A DNA stretch of 38,959 nt from a virus: the IMG/VR virus record IMGVR_UViG_3300045988_088615, positions 1-38,959 of that record. One strand, 5' to 3'. Under the pieces are notes generated by a model. The model searched no databases. It was not told where the DNA came from and worked only from the letters and a program-made list of their open reading frames with translations. The position numbers were made by a program, and so were the translations under genes. Shown here in pieces: positions 9,354 to 18,031 of this stretch (position 1 is its first letter; each line of letters opens with the position of its first letter).

Positions 9354-11021
9354 TTACACCTCCGTTTTCGGCACTTCGCCGGTCTCGTTGATCTTCCGCT
9401 GCAACTGGCCGTATCCGGCCCCGCCCCGAATGGGGGCGGCTTCTTCCTGCGTGATCGGCTGTTCGCCCTCTGCTCCCGGCTGACCACCCATCATGGCAAT
9501 CTCCTGCTGCTGGAGGGCTTGGATCAGCGCCTCCTTGTCGGTGATCTGTCCGGCGGGCAGCCGTTTCAGATACTCCACCGTGGAGATCTTGCCCTGCATC
9601 AGCAGGTTATCAAGAGTCTGCATAGCTGCGATCTCACTCCAATAGGAAGCCGCGCCCGCATCTAGTCCGATGGTGAATGGGATCTCTTTCAGGATGGAGA
9701 AGTCAAAGGGAACCACCAATTTGCTGTTGTCATAGGGGTTGGAGATCTCCACATACCGTTCTCCGTAGTATTCGCCCATGAACTCCATGTAGATGCGGCC
9801 CATATCCTCAATGCTCTGCAAGAGGTTCTGCTTCGTCAGCTCCATAGGCGTTGCCGCCGCCCGCTGCAAGGCGATGATGGCGGAGGTGTTGTCCGGGCGT
9901 GTATCGCCCAGAGCCACGTCCGATGCGCCGAGGAACTTCTGGGTGTAGCTGATAGCAATGTCAATAAACTGGCTGATCTGTGGGGAGATGCTGGCGGGGT
10001 CAATGATCTTCGCCACGCCCTCCACACTGCCGTTCACCGGGATAGCCCCGCCGATCTTGTTTGTCCACTTGGCTACCTTGGTGGAATCATATACCACCTT
10101 CGGATAGGCCAGTGTCATGAGGGAGATCATGGACATGGCGAACAGCTTGTTTACAAAGATCTGGTTTGGCAGGAGGCCGGTGATCATGGCCTGTCCGTGA
10201 TAGCAGTCCTGCACATAGTCCCAGTTCATCCACGTCAGAGGATAGAGCTTGATGCCAAGGTCCAGATCGCCCCGGATCTCCGCCTGCCGGGTGCACTCGT
10301 AGGCATGGACGGTGCCGGTCTCGTCATCCTTCCATAGCCGGAGCAGCACCGTCACTTTGTTCCCGCTGCCGCTCATGGAATCCATGTAGTTGTTTCCGCA
10401 GTCCTTGTTGTCCGGCTGGATCTCGTCCGGGTCCTTGCCGTACCGCTTGGCCCGCTTCCGGGCCTCGCTCAGCAGCATCCGCCGTTCCAGAAGGATGTAG
10501 GGCTGGCTCTGCACGTCCCGGTTGTTGGGATTGCCGAACAAAACCTGCGTATTCATCAGGACCTCCGTGCGGATGGCCCCCTTGCTGGCCTGTCCGGTCT
10601 CCGCCGTATCGTCCCAATAGGTATACATACAGCCGTCACCGTCCACGGCGGCGTTTCTGGTAAACTCCCGGATGCGCCCGCCGATGCTGTTATGCTCAAA
10701 AATGGACGCGAACTGATCGTTGAGAATGTCAGCCACCAGCTCCAAGGTCTGCGTGTTCCGCTCCCCGCTGGAGGACATGGCCCGCGCCCACAGTTTCAGA
10801 TTATCCGTGGAGATATTCGCCACGGAGAACAGTACCACCCGCTTCAAGAAGTTAAATACGGGGGTTGGGAGTCCGTTGCTCTGCACACCCTCCCACTGCT
10901 TCCCGATGAAGAAATTTTCGTTGGTCTCCACGCAGTCATAGAGATCAATGCCGCTGTTGAAGCTGATCCCCGCGCTGTATTCCTTGCCGACCCGCTCAGG
11001 GGTCATCGTCTGTTTGCTCAT
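9354..11021 (-). CDS. Portal protein
   Basis: 555 aa in the head module. The N-terminal NENFFIGKQWEGV...GLPTPVFNFLKRV pattern and the acidic C-terminal tail are portal-like. Confidence 0.7.
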   Translation of the reverse strand: MSKQTMTPERVGKEYSAGISFNSGIDLYDCVETNENFFIGKQWEGVQSNGLPTPVFNFLKRVVLFSVANISTDNLKLWARAMSSSGERNTQTLELVADILNDQFASIFEHNSIGGRIREFTRNAAVDGDGCMYTYWDDTAETGQASKGAIRTEVLMNTQVLFGNPNNRDVQSQPYILLERRMLLSEARKRAKRYGKDPDEIQPDNKDCGNNYMDSMSGSGNKVTVLLRLWKDDETGTVHAYECTRQAEIRGDLDLGIKLYPLTWMNWDYVQDCYHGQAMITGLLPNQIFVNKLFAMSMISLMTLAYPKVVYDSTKVAKWTNKIGGAIPVNGSVEGVAKIIDPASISPQISQFIDIAISYTQKFLGASDVALGDTRPDNTSAIIALQRAAATPMELTKQNLLQSIEDMGRIYMEFMGEYYGERYVEISNPYDNSKLVVPFDFSILKEIPFTIGLDAGAASYWSEIAAMQTLDNLLMQGKISTVEYLKRLPAGQITDKEALIQALQQQEIAMMGGQPGAEGEQPITQEEAAPIRGGAGYGQLQRKINETGEVPKTEV

Positions 11022-11033
11022 GGGTTCACCCCT

Positions 11034-12881
11034 TTATTTCACATTCCCGGTATAGCGGAGCTGCACATCCGTCTCCAGAACCGTTGCGGTAGACGATGCC
11101 GATTTGCTCTTGAATACCAGCTTGTAGAAGGTGGCCTTCTTCACCTTCATCTTCACCCGCCGTACCTGCGGCTTTCGGTTGGTGCCGAAAGACCAGTGGG
11201 CGAAATCCGCATGGGCAAAGGTGGTCAGTCCGGAGGATACGGTTTTCTCCGGGTAGTCGCTGCGGCGGTTGGTCTCCACCGTCACGTGCACACGGGCGTT
11301 GCTCTCCGGCTGGATCGCCACGAAAATAAGCGGGCTGTATTTCAGAACCCAGTCCCGGTCAAAATCCATGGAGCCGGTAGCTGCGTAGGCGTCAATGTCC
11401 TTGCCGTCGTCGTTCCGGTACTGCCGGGAAAGATGCACAACGCCGCCGTCGGGCCGGAAGCCGTAAGTTTCCAGCCCTACCTCCACCATGGCCCGGAAGC
11501 TCAGTCCGGTATAGAGATACCATGCGTCCGCGCCGTAGTTCAGGATCAGCGCCTTGTCTCCGTACATCCACCAGTATTCCTGCGCCGATTTTCGGTTGAA
11601 GGTCCGGGTCTCTGCCATGTCAAAGCCTTGCAGCGTCACCTCTACCCGGTTGCTGATCCGTTCCGCGTTCCGCTCGTCAAAGGTGATATTGCCGCCGGTA
11701 GATACGCTCCGCCACCGGTACACCGCCTGATCGTCCAGCGTCAGTGGGTTGTTCTCCAGAATGTCCACCTGCCCCGGAGCCTTGTTGCCGAACTGCCGGT
11801 TGACAGGGGTCACGTAAAACGCCGCCGTGGTGACGTCCGTAGCCGTTACCAGCGTGGAATAGCTCATGGAGTAGGTGGCGTCCTGTTTGAATACCACCAG
11901 CCGTGCGTAATGACGCACCATGCCGGTGATGGGCGTGTTGGCCTCGCCCACCTCTGCCTCGTACAGATCCGGGAAGTATTCCGCCGAAGGCTTCCCGGTG
12001 GCGGAGTCAATGCCGGAGTAAATGGTCTTGTTGGTGCCGTCTCCGTAGAGGAACACGCGGCTGTCTGTCTGGCCGTTGTAAAGCTCGGAGAAGCGCATCC
12101 CAGTCACCTGCGCCCGTTCTCCGTTGCCGCTGCGGTAGACCAGCTCCAGTGTGTTGGTCCCGGCGGCTGGGGCGGGGGTAATGGTGAAGGTCCGTGCCTT
12201 CAGGTCAGAGGTGTAAGTTTGTGCCGTGTCTCCAATCTTCACGGAGATGATCTCATCCACCGTCTTTTCCGGGATATGGAAAACCGTCTCCTTGCCGTCC
12301 GGCGAATACAGCACCTTCCGCTTGCCCGTCAGCCGGTTCACGTTTTCCAGCAGAAACCCACCGCCCGCAGGCGTGGTGGCGTTCATCACCGTGGGGATGT
12401 AGCCCTCCACCGCCGAAAAGCTGCTGTCCTCCTTGCCGTCCCAGCTCATGTACTCATGGCCGTTCAGCAGATAGACCTTGTTGGAAAAGCCGAAGAACGA
12501 GGTCTGGTCCTGTGTGCACTGGCCTACCACTTTGACGGTAAGCGCCGCCGGGTCCAGAGAGAAGATCAGCCCGCCGAAGGCGGCAAGGGTCCGCTGCTTG
12601 CTGTCTACCACGCCCTCCCACGCCCCGGAGAAAACAGGGCTCTCTGTGGGGGCTGTGTGGCCGCTCTCCGCACACCATGCGTCCCATGCCGTTTTCAGGT
12701 TCAGGACCGTCTTGGTGCCGGGGCGGAGCTGTAAGTGCTTCTCCCGCGTCACCCGGAAATTCCGCATCTTGCTCATTTCGCCGTTCTTGATTTTGGTATC
12801 CCCGTCCGGGTTCTCGTTCAGGCCCAGAAACTGGCGGATCTTCAACACCTGAATGTCGTTGCTGGATGTGATTTGAGCCAT
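11034..12881 (-). CDS. 615-aa virion structural protein, beta-rich; possibly a tail-tube/nozzle-type protein
   Basis: Complete ORF between terminase and portal. Only position and composition support a structural role; the specific function is a guess. Confidence 0.6.
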   Translation of the reverse strand: MAQITSSNDIQVLKIRQFLGLNENPDGDTKIKNGEMSKMRNFRVTREKHLQLRPGTKTVLNLKTAWDAWCAESGHTAPTESPVFSGAWEGVVDSKQRTLAAFGGLIFSLDPAALTVKVVGQCTQDQTSFFGFSNKVYLLNGHEYMSWDGKEDSSFSAVEGYIPTVMNATTPAGGGFLLENVNRLTGKRKVLYSPDGKETVFHIPEKTVDEIISVKIGDTAQTYTSDLKARTFTITPAPAAGTNTLELVYRSGNGERAQVTGMRFSELYNGQTDSRVFLYGDGTNKTIYSGIDSATGKPSAEYFPDLYEAEVGEANTPITGMVRHYARLVVFKQDATYSMSYSTLVTATDVTTAAFYVTPVNRQFGNKAPGQVDILENNPLTLDDQAVYRWRSVSTGGNITFDERNAERISNRVEVTLQGFDMAETRTFNRKSAQEYWWMYGDKALILNYGADAWYLYTGLSFRAMVEVGLETYGFRPDGGVVHLSRQYRNDDGKDIDAYAATGSMDFDRDWVLKYSPLIFVAIQPESNARVHVTVETNRRSDYPEKTVSSGLTTFAHADFAHWSFGTNRKPQVRRVKMKVKKATFYKLVFKSKSASSTATVLETDVQLRYTGNVK

Positions 12882-12895
12882 CGTCCGGGCCCCCT

Positions 12896-14281
12896 TTATC
12901 CGTAGGATAGATAATCGGCGGTCATTTCCCCGCCCGTCATCACGTCATTGTAATCCTCGCCCTCGTCGAAATCGTCCACGATCTTTTCCACGGTTTTCTG
13001 TGCGCCCAGAACGCGGGTCACGCAGAAATACCGGGCAGCGTCGCAGATATGGGTGATCTCGTGGGGCTCCGTGGCGCAGTCCGATGGGTTTTTCTCGTCA
13101 TGCTGGATGGAGGGCAGGTTGCGGATCAGGCCCACGCAGTTTTCCGTTACCAGCAGTCCGGGCCGGTCCGTGTCGCTCTTCATAGGCTTCAGCAGCTCCT
13201 TAACGGCCATCCAGCCCTGAACGCGGTTGTTACTGGCCTTCAGCAGCCCCAGCCCGTTCTGCGCGAAGATCTCCGCCATGCTCCGGCCGCTGTCCTTCTG
13301 CCGGTTCCACATATCCGGCGGGGCAATGGTGAACTCAATGTGCTCCTCCGGCGGGGTCAGGGCATTTGCCAGCTTTGCCGCCTCGGATACGATCAAGCCG
13401 CTTTGCTGTACCTCACGGTACACATAGGCCCGCCCCTCAAAGTCCACCGCCACCCAAAGGCAGGCGAACATATCAAGGCCGTAGTCGAACGCCCGGTATT
13501 TCTTCCACTCCCGGGGCACCCGCACAAAAGGCGAGATCACATGGGTCTCCCGCCGGAACTCCGGGAAGAACGTGCCTGCCATGGCGTTCCAATCGCCGTA
13601 GCGCCACGCCCGCCGCACATCCTCCGGCAGTAGGTCCAGCATTTGCTTGTACTCCGGGGATGCCTCCAAAAGCTGGGGGTTATCGTCCACCGTGGCGGGG
13701 ATGAAGGTGTAATCCTTGGCCTTTTCCCCCTCCCGATACTCTCGGTCCACGAACAGCCGCTTTACCCACAGATGGCCGATGCCGCCGGGGTTGCAGGTCA
13801 GGTACATCCGCCGGGGAACCTTCGTGGAGCCGCGCAGACACGCGCCCAGCGTCCGAAACTGTCCCTCTGTAAACTGGGTGGCCTCCTCCATGAAGATCCA
13901 GTCAAATTCAAGTCCCTGATATTCCTGATCGTCTCCGGCTCCATAGTGCCCGAATTTGATGATGCTGCCGTTGCAGAAGAACATCATGCGCATACTGCCG
14001 TTGTAGCTGCCCACCTCCGGCGGGATCAGCTTCTGCATAGGCAGAATGATGTTCTGCTCCAATTCCGGGTACTCCTGGCGCACGATCAGGATCTTGATGC
14101 CGGGGTAGGTGAGCGCGCCGCCTGCCGCCTTCCGCAGCAGAACGTGTGTCTTGCCGCCGCCTCTGGCACCGCCGTAAGCCGTGTACCGGCTCCGGGACTG
14201 GCAGAACTGCTTCTGTTTGGGGTTCAGCGTCCCCAAATCCACTTGTACCGTTCCGCCTGCTGTCTGTTTATATCGAGGCAT
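12896..14281 (-). CDS. terL: Terminase large subunit
   Basis: Walker A YGGARGGGKTH, Walker B-like FDWIFMEEA, and a C-terminal nuclease-like half. Confidence 0.9.
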   Translation of the reverse strand: MPRYKQTAGGTVQVDLGTLNPKQKQFCQSRSRYTAYGGARGGGKTHVLLRKAAGGALTYPGIKILIVRQEYPELEQNIILPMQKLIPPEVGSYNGSMRMMFFCNGSIIKFGHYGAGDDQEYQGLEFDWIFMEEATQFTEGQFRTLGACLRGSTKVPRRMYLTCNPGGIGHLWVKRLFVDREYREGEKAKDYTFIPATVDDNPQLLEASPEYKQMLDLLPEDVRRAWRYGDWNAMAGTFFPEFRRETHVISPFVRVPREWKKYRAFDYGLDMFACLWVAVDFEGRAYVYREVQQSGLIVSEAAKLANALTPPEEHIEFTIAPPDMWNRQKDSGRSMAEIFAQNGLGLLKASNNRVQGWMAVKELLKPMKSDTDRPGLLVTENCVGLIRNLPSIQHDEKNPSDCATEPHEITHICDAARYFCVTRVLGAQKTVEKIVDDFDEGEDYNDVMTGGEMTADYLSYG

Positions 14282-14341
14282 AATCGCTCCTTATATCTGG
14301 TGGACGGGCCGGGTTCATGCACCCGCTCCGTCCATATAGGT

Positions 14342-14365
14342 GGGAAGGGGCCGCAGCCCCCTCCC
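14342..14365 (-). other. GC-rich stem-loop immediately after the capsid gene stop
   Basis: gggaaggggc-cgca-gccccctccc with one mismatch, 7 nt from the stop at 14372. No U-tract on the minus strand. Confidence 0.5.
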
Positions 14366-14371
14366 ATGAGA

Positions 14372-15424
14372 TCACTCGTAATCCTTGGTGCCCTCGATGC
14401 CCACGCAGCCGTCCTTGGTGGCCACAGCCCGCATGGTCTGACCGGCGGTCAGGGTCACAGCGGCGGTGTAGACCTCGGCGGTGGAGGAATACCGGGGGTT
14501 GGTGCCGTCGGTGGTGTACTTGAACACCACGCCGGACACGGCGGTGATGCTGACGGCATGGCCGGTAATAGACATCGCGGGTGCCGCCAGAACCGCAGCG
14601 TTGCCGCAAACGGCAATACCGTCGCCCTTAGCGCCCAGTACGAAGCTGTCATAGTAGGTCACGCCCTGCACCACGGGGCCGGAATAGCCCTGCACCTCGG
14701 TCAGAATGTTGTACTTCTGGAGCTTCACAGGGTCCACGGTGCAGCCCTTGTGCTTGATGAAGAAGTACACACCGGCGGGCATGTAGCTGGTGGGGATGGG
14801 CTTCACGCGGCAGCCGTCGAACTCGCCCACAACGCCCTTTGCCAGAACCTCCTTGCCCAGAGCGTCCACGCCGATGTAATCAGGCATCTGCTTGAGCAGC
14901 TTGTAATACTCGGTGGCGATGTAGAGGGTGCGGCCCTCCAGAGGCACTAGCGCGTCGGTCATCTTCGCGTTCAGGTCGATGATGAGACCGCCGATGGTGG
15001 CCTTGGTGGGGGCGGTGGTCTCCTTGGTGGCGATGTTGGCGCCCATGACCCACTTCTTGATGCGGTGCTTGTCCATGCCGGGGATGGTCACCTCGTCCAG
15101 CTGGCGGCGCAGGGCGCTGCCAGCGGACTTCTGGATGGCCTGATCGGTCTGGTCCAGCGCGTCGATGGTGAAGGAGAAGGCGGGCTGCATCTCGCAGGTC
15201 ATCTCCTGAAGAGTGTCGCCCACGTCATGGACCTCGCCGAAGCGGTTGGAGCCGCTGCGGGTGTACTGGGTCTCAGGCACGGTGTTCACACTGCCGATGC
15301 GAATGGTGCGGCTGTTGGGGTTCAGCCAAGAATAGCTGTTGCCGCAGTCATCGGCGGTGATGGAGGCTTTCTTGAAGCGCTCCGCGATTTTGGTTGCGTA
15401 CTTGATTGCATAGTTGATAGCCAT
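14372..15424 (-). CDS. Major capsid protein with an extra C-terminal Ig/Fn3-like (chitobiase-C-like) decoration domain
   Basis: Follows the scaffold gene. About 280 aa look like a capsid core. The C-terminal 70 aa carry the motif FKYTTDGTNPRYSS...YTAAVTL. Confidence 0.75.
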   Translation of the reverse strand: MAINYAIKYATKIAERFKKASITADDCGNSYSWLNPNSRTIRIGSVNTVPETQYTRSGSNRFGEVHDVGDTLQEMTCEMQPAFSFTIDALDQTDQAIQKSAGSALRRQLDEVTIPGMDKHRIKKWVMGANIATKETTAPTKATIGGLIIDLNAKMTDALVPLEGRTLYIATEYYKLLKQMPDYIGVDALGKEVLAKGVVGEFDGCRVKPIPTSYMPAGVYFFIKHKGCTVDPVKLQKYNILTEVQGYSGPVVQGVTYYDSFVLGAKGDGIAVCGNAAVLAAPAMSITGHAVSITAVSGVVFKYTTDGTNPRYSSTAEVYTAAVTLTAGQTMRAVATKDGCVGIEGTKDYE

Positions 15425-15471
15425 AGGTAAAAACCTCTCTTTCGTCCGGTTTCCCCATAGGCAAAGTGCCG

Positions 15472-16383
15472 TTACATGGCGCTGTCAAAGGCATCTCCGA
15501 AATCGTCCCGCGTCTTGGAGCTGTCCCCGGCGCTTCTCATGCTGCCGGTGGAGCGCTCCGCGTTCCGCTGGTTCTGCTGTACGGAGGCGGTCTCCCGCTT
15601 GGCGTCTGCTATTTCTTGCTCTAATCGTCCATTGTTGAAACGTGCATAAGCTGCCACCAAAGAGGAACCGTTCCGCACATCCGCCCACACTTGAGGCGGA
15701 ATGCTGTTGGGGTCCTTTGCTGCCTCGGGGAATGTCTGTTGAAATTCCTGAATGTCCGCCTGTCGGCGGCTTGCCGCCTCGGCCTCGGCCCTCTGGGCCT
15801 GCGCCATGGCGTCCTGCTGGGCCTGCCGCTCCGCTTCTGCGGCGGCCACAACGGCCTCCCGGTCCTCAAGCTCCACGGAGCGCCGTGCGTCCGCTTCACT
15901 TAAGCCCTCGGCCTGCTTGGCCTGCGCCCGGAGCATGGAAATGTATTCCTTGGTGTTCAGCCCCTGCTGGTTTGCAAAGCGGTTGACCATCTCCATCACA
16001 GGCTTAAACTCGTCATACTGGCTGCGGATGCGGCCATAGTCCATGCCCTTCTGGGCCAGTGCCACCATTTCCGCTTCGTTTGCCTGCCGCACCTCGCCCA
16101 TGTGCCGCAGTTCCCATGTCTGGGGCCGTGCGTCCACGGTCTCCGCCTCGGTCTGCTGCGTCTGGGCTGCCTGTTCCGCATCCGCGGGGGGCTCGGTGTC
16201 CTCATCCGGCGTCTCTGCGCTCTCGCTGGGGTCCTCGACAGGCGTTTCCTCGCCAGTCTCCATCGGCTCTGCGGTTTCCTCCGGCTGGTCTGCCGTCATC
16301 TCCGCACCGCCGTCCCAATCGTCCAAAAAGGCGTCCGTGGTCTCGGGCTCCTGTTCGGGGATCTGGTTCGTGTTTTCTAACAT
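15472..16383 (-). CDS. Scaffolding protein (acidic N-terminus, Ala/Gln/Glu-rich coiled coil)
   Basis: I prefer the internal ATG at 16383 (SD AAGAGG 5 nt upstream) over the track start at 16497, whose SD spacing is 2 nt. Composition is typical of scaffolds and the gene sits directly upstream of the capsid gene. Confidence 0.7.
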   Translation of the reverse strand: MLENTNQIPEQEPETTDAFLDDWDGGAEMTADQPEETAEPMETGEETPVEDPSESAETPDEDTEPPADAEQAAQTQQTEAETVDARPQTWELRHMGEVRQANEAEMVALAQKGMDYGRIRSQYDEFKPVMEMVNRFANQQGLNTKEYISMLRAQAKQAEGLSEADARRSVELEDREAVVAAAEAERQAQQDAMAQAQRAEAEAASRRQADIQEFQQTFPEAAKDPNSIPPQVWADVRNGSSLVAAYARFNNGRLEQEIADAKRETASVQQNQRNAERSTGSMRSAGDSSKTRDDFGDAFDSAM

Positions 16384-16397
16384 ATTTGCCTCTTTCC

Positions 16398-16447
16398 CCG
16401 GCCTGGTCTGGCCGGATCTTTGTATTTCCAAAGCCTGGTCTGGCTTT
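16398..16447 (-). promoter_or_regulatory. Two hairpins sharing the core GCCTGGTCTGGC (16398..16415 and 16430..16447) in the scaffold-gene leader
   Basis: ccggcc-tggtct-ggccgg and aaagcc-tggtct-ggcttt, read directly. Each has a 6-bp stem and the identical 6-nt loop. Confidence 0.5.
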
Positions 16448-16518
16448 GTTGATAAAACAAAAACGAGACCACAAGAAACGGCTTTCGCCGTTCTCATGGC
16501 CTCGTTGGGCTCTCGCTG

Positions 16519-16707
16519 TTATTCGGTTTTGATGGGGAAGGGGACGTCTGTATCCAGCTCCCGCCCCTCAAAAATGGTGGGGTAATGGCTCACCTTGCAT
16601 CTTCGGCAGTAAATGGGCGTGTTGTAGATCACACTGCCCGGTTCGATGTGCTGAAGTGCCTTGCCGCAGATAGGGCAGCGGTAGACCCACGTCCCGTCTA
16701 CCACCAT
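16519..16707 (-). CDS. Cysteine-rich KTR-like zinc-ribbon protein (62 aa)
   Basis: W-x3-CPICGK ... NTPIYCRRCK has the two CxxC pairs and spacing of the cysteine-rich KTR domain. Overlaps the upstream gene by 10 nt. Confidence 0.65.
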   Translation of the reverse strand: MVVDGTWVYRCPICGKALQHIEPGSVIYNTPIYCRRCKVSHYPTIFEGRELDTDVPFPIKTE

Positions 16708-17147
16708 GCCCCAAACTCCCCGTGTTCAATGCCGCCGTACAGGTTTTCCACGTCACCGATCACGCTGGGCAGGCTCTGGCGGCACAGCTCCAGCTGTTCC
16801 AGAAACGTCTGCCACAGAAAGTTGGCTCTGCTGGGGTCCTCCTCCAGCAGCAGCAGACCTGCCAGACCGTAGGGCAGCGCCCCGGTGCAGATCCGCTCAT
16901 CTAACGCCACCTCGTCCGCCATATCCGCCACCTTGGGGCAGATAGGCCGCTTGCCGCCCGCTGCTTCCAGCGCTTCCCGGTAGTTGTCGCTGTACGGAAA
17001 TGCCCGGTCTAAAACGCTGTTCAGCAGGGAAACGGTCCGCAGCTTGTACTCCTTGGTGTCCGCCGTGTCCGTGGAACCGGTGGATTCGTTCTGGGAATCC
17101 ATCAGGTGGATGGCGATGTCAAAAATCTGCTGTACCGTAACCGCCAT
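16698..17147 (-). CDS. Hypothetical head-module protein (149 aa); possibly a head-completion or adaptor protein
   Basis: Complete ORF, tightly packed. No diagnostic motif. Confidence 0.7.
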   Translation of the reverse strand: MAVTVQQIFDIAIHLMDSQNESTGSTDTADTKEYKLRTVSLLNSVLDRAFPYSDNYREALEAAGGKRPICPKVADMADEVALDERICTGALPYGLAGLLLLEEDPSRANFLWQTFLEQLELCRQSLPSVIGDVENLYGGIEHGEFGAWW

Positions 17148-17148
17148 A

Positions 17149-17391
17149 TCACACCTCCCGCCCCTTCAGGCTGGCTTTCATGGTGTTCAGGTCGTAGGTC
17201 ATCAGGTTGTCAATGCCCTGTTCAACGCTTTTCTGCCGGTCCGTAGGCTCTTCCGTCTCCGGCTTCTCCGGTTCGGTGGGGGAGGGGGCTTTGATCTCCC
17301 GCAGCAGCCGCAAAATCAGCACTGCGCATACGGCAGCGCCTATACTGGCCGCGCCGCAGATCAGGGATAAAACCAAAATCAGGCCGTTCAC
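17149..17391 (-). CDS. Small membrane-anchored protein (80 aa)
   Basis: N-terminal hydrophobic helix LILVLSLICGAASIGAAVCAVLIL followed by a Pro/Glu-rich linker. Confidence 0.6.
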   Translation of the reverse strand: MNGLILVLSLICGAASIGAAVCAVLILRLLREIKAPSPTEPEKPETEEPTDRQKSVEQGIDNLMTYDLNTMKASLKGREV

Positions 17392-17403
17392 CTTGCCGCC
17401 TCC

Positions 17404-17925
17404 TCACTTGAAGTCGCTTGCGTCCACGCCGTCCCCGAAGGTCACGTTCACGCTGATGTCTTGACGGGTCTCCTGCTTGTCCTGGTAGCCGCCCAGACGT
17501 TTCTGCTTGTTCAGGAAAATGCCTCGCGTCACCATGCCCTTTTCCTGGTAGATGGGGCTGGTGTCGATCTGCTCCTGAATGCGCTGATAGGCCAGCCGCA
17601 CGTAGTAGCTGAACACGCAGCGGGGGTCGGTGATTTCTTCATCACCCGCTTCAAAGGCTTCCACCTGCGCCTCCACCACCTCGGCCTCCCGGCCATCGTT
17701 GTAGTCGTAATACCCCTGAAGCCGCTGAACCGTCCATCGCATCGCATTGGCAAGACCCGCCTCGCTGTATGCCTGTTCCAGCCGGTCCTGCACGTCAAAG
17801 TATTCCTCGGACTGCTTCAGGAACGCCTTGATCCTCTCGATCGTCTGCTTCTTGTGGGCCGCGGCGGCCTTCTTGTTCATATCGTCCATGTGTGCCTTGC
17901 TGTGGTTCGATGCTGTTTTGGCCAT
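17404..17925 (-). CDS. Hypothetical protein (173 aa), first gene of the late operon. A small-terminase role is possible but unsupported.
   Basis: Complete ORF. Only its position suggests a packaging role. Confidence 0.65.
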   Translation of the reverse strand: MAKTASNHSKAHMDDMNKKAAAAHKKQTIERIKAFLKQSEEYFDVQDRLEQAYSEAGLANAMRWTVQRLQGYYDYNDGREAEVVEAQVEAFEAGDEEITDPRCVFSYYVRLAYQRIQEQIDTSPIYQEKGMVTRGIFLNKQKRLGGYQDKQETRQDISVNVTFGDGVDASDFK

Positions 17926-17953
17926 GCTCCCGGCCCCCTCTCACAAAAAATTC

Positions 17954-18031
17954 TGGTGGTTTCGGCAGGAATCGAACCTGCGACATATCGGCTCACGAAG
18001 TCCGCTGCTCTTCCGACTGAGCTACGAAACC
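17954..18031 (-). tRNA. tRNA-like gene with encoded CCA and an irregular anticodon arm; best reading is Thr(CGU)
   Basis: Minus strand reads GGTTTCG-TA-GCTC-AGTCGGAA-GAGC-A-GCGGACTTCGTGAGCCGAT-ATGTC-GCAGG-TTCGATT-CCTGC-CGAAACC-A-CCA. Acceptor, D and T arms are canonical. The anticodon arm is 19 nt instead of 17. Confidence 0.6.

Noticed and set aside
6784-15430. Plus-strand ORFs 6784..7494, 7683..8621, 8634..9665, 10692..12734, 13049..13633, 13643..14950 and 15065..15430
   Set aside because: They are antisense to the DUF6273-like, fibre, portal, structural, terminase and capsid genes, which carry clear motifs. Those inside 7.7-9.2 kb are by-products of the collagen GGN-CCN periodicity.
15472-16497. 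Track start (16497) for the scaffold gene
   Set aside because: SD spacing is only 2 nt. The extra 38 aa are hydrophobic/basic, unlike the acidic scaffold. The internal ATG at 16383 has a proper SD. This call remains uncertain.
17954-18031. The tRNA-like gene as the attP core
   Set aside because: It is a full-length tRNA-like unit with matching acceptor halves and lies 4 kb from int, whereas an AT-rich region with arm-type repeats abuts int. I consider 21.7-22.0 kb the better attP candidate, though this is not proven.
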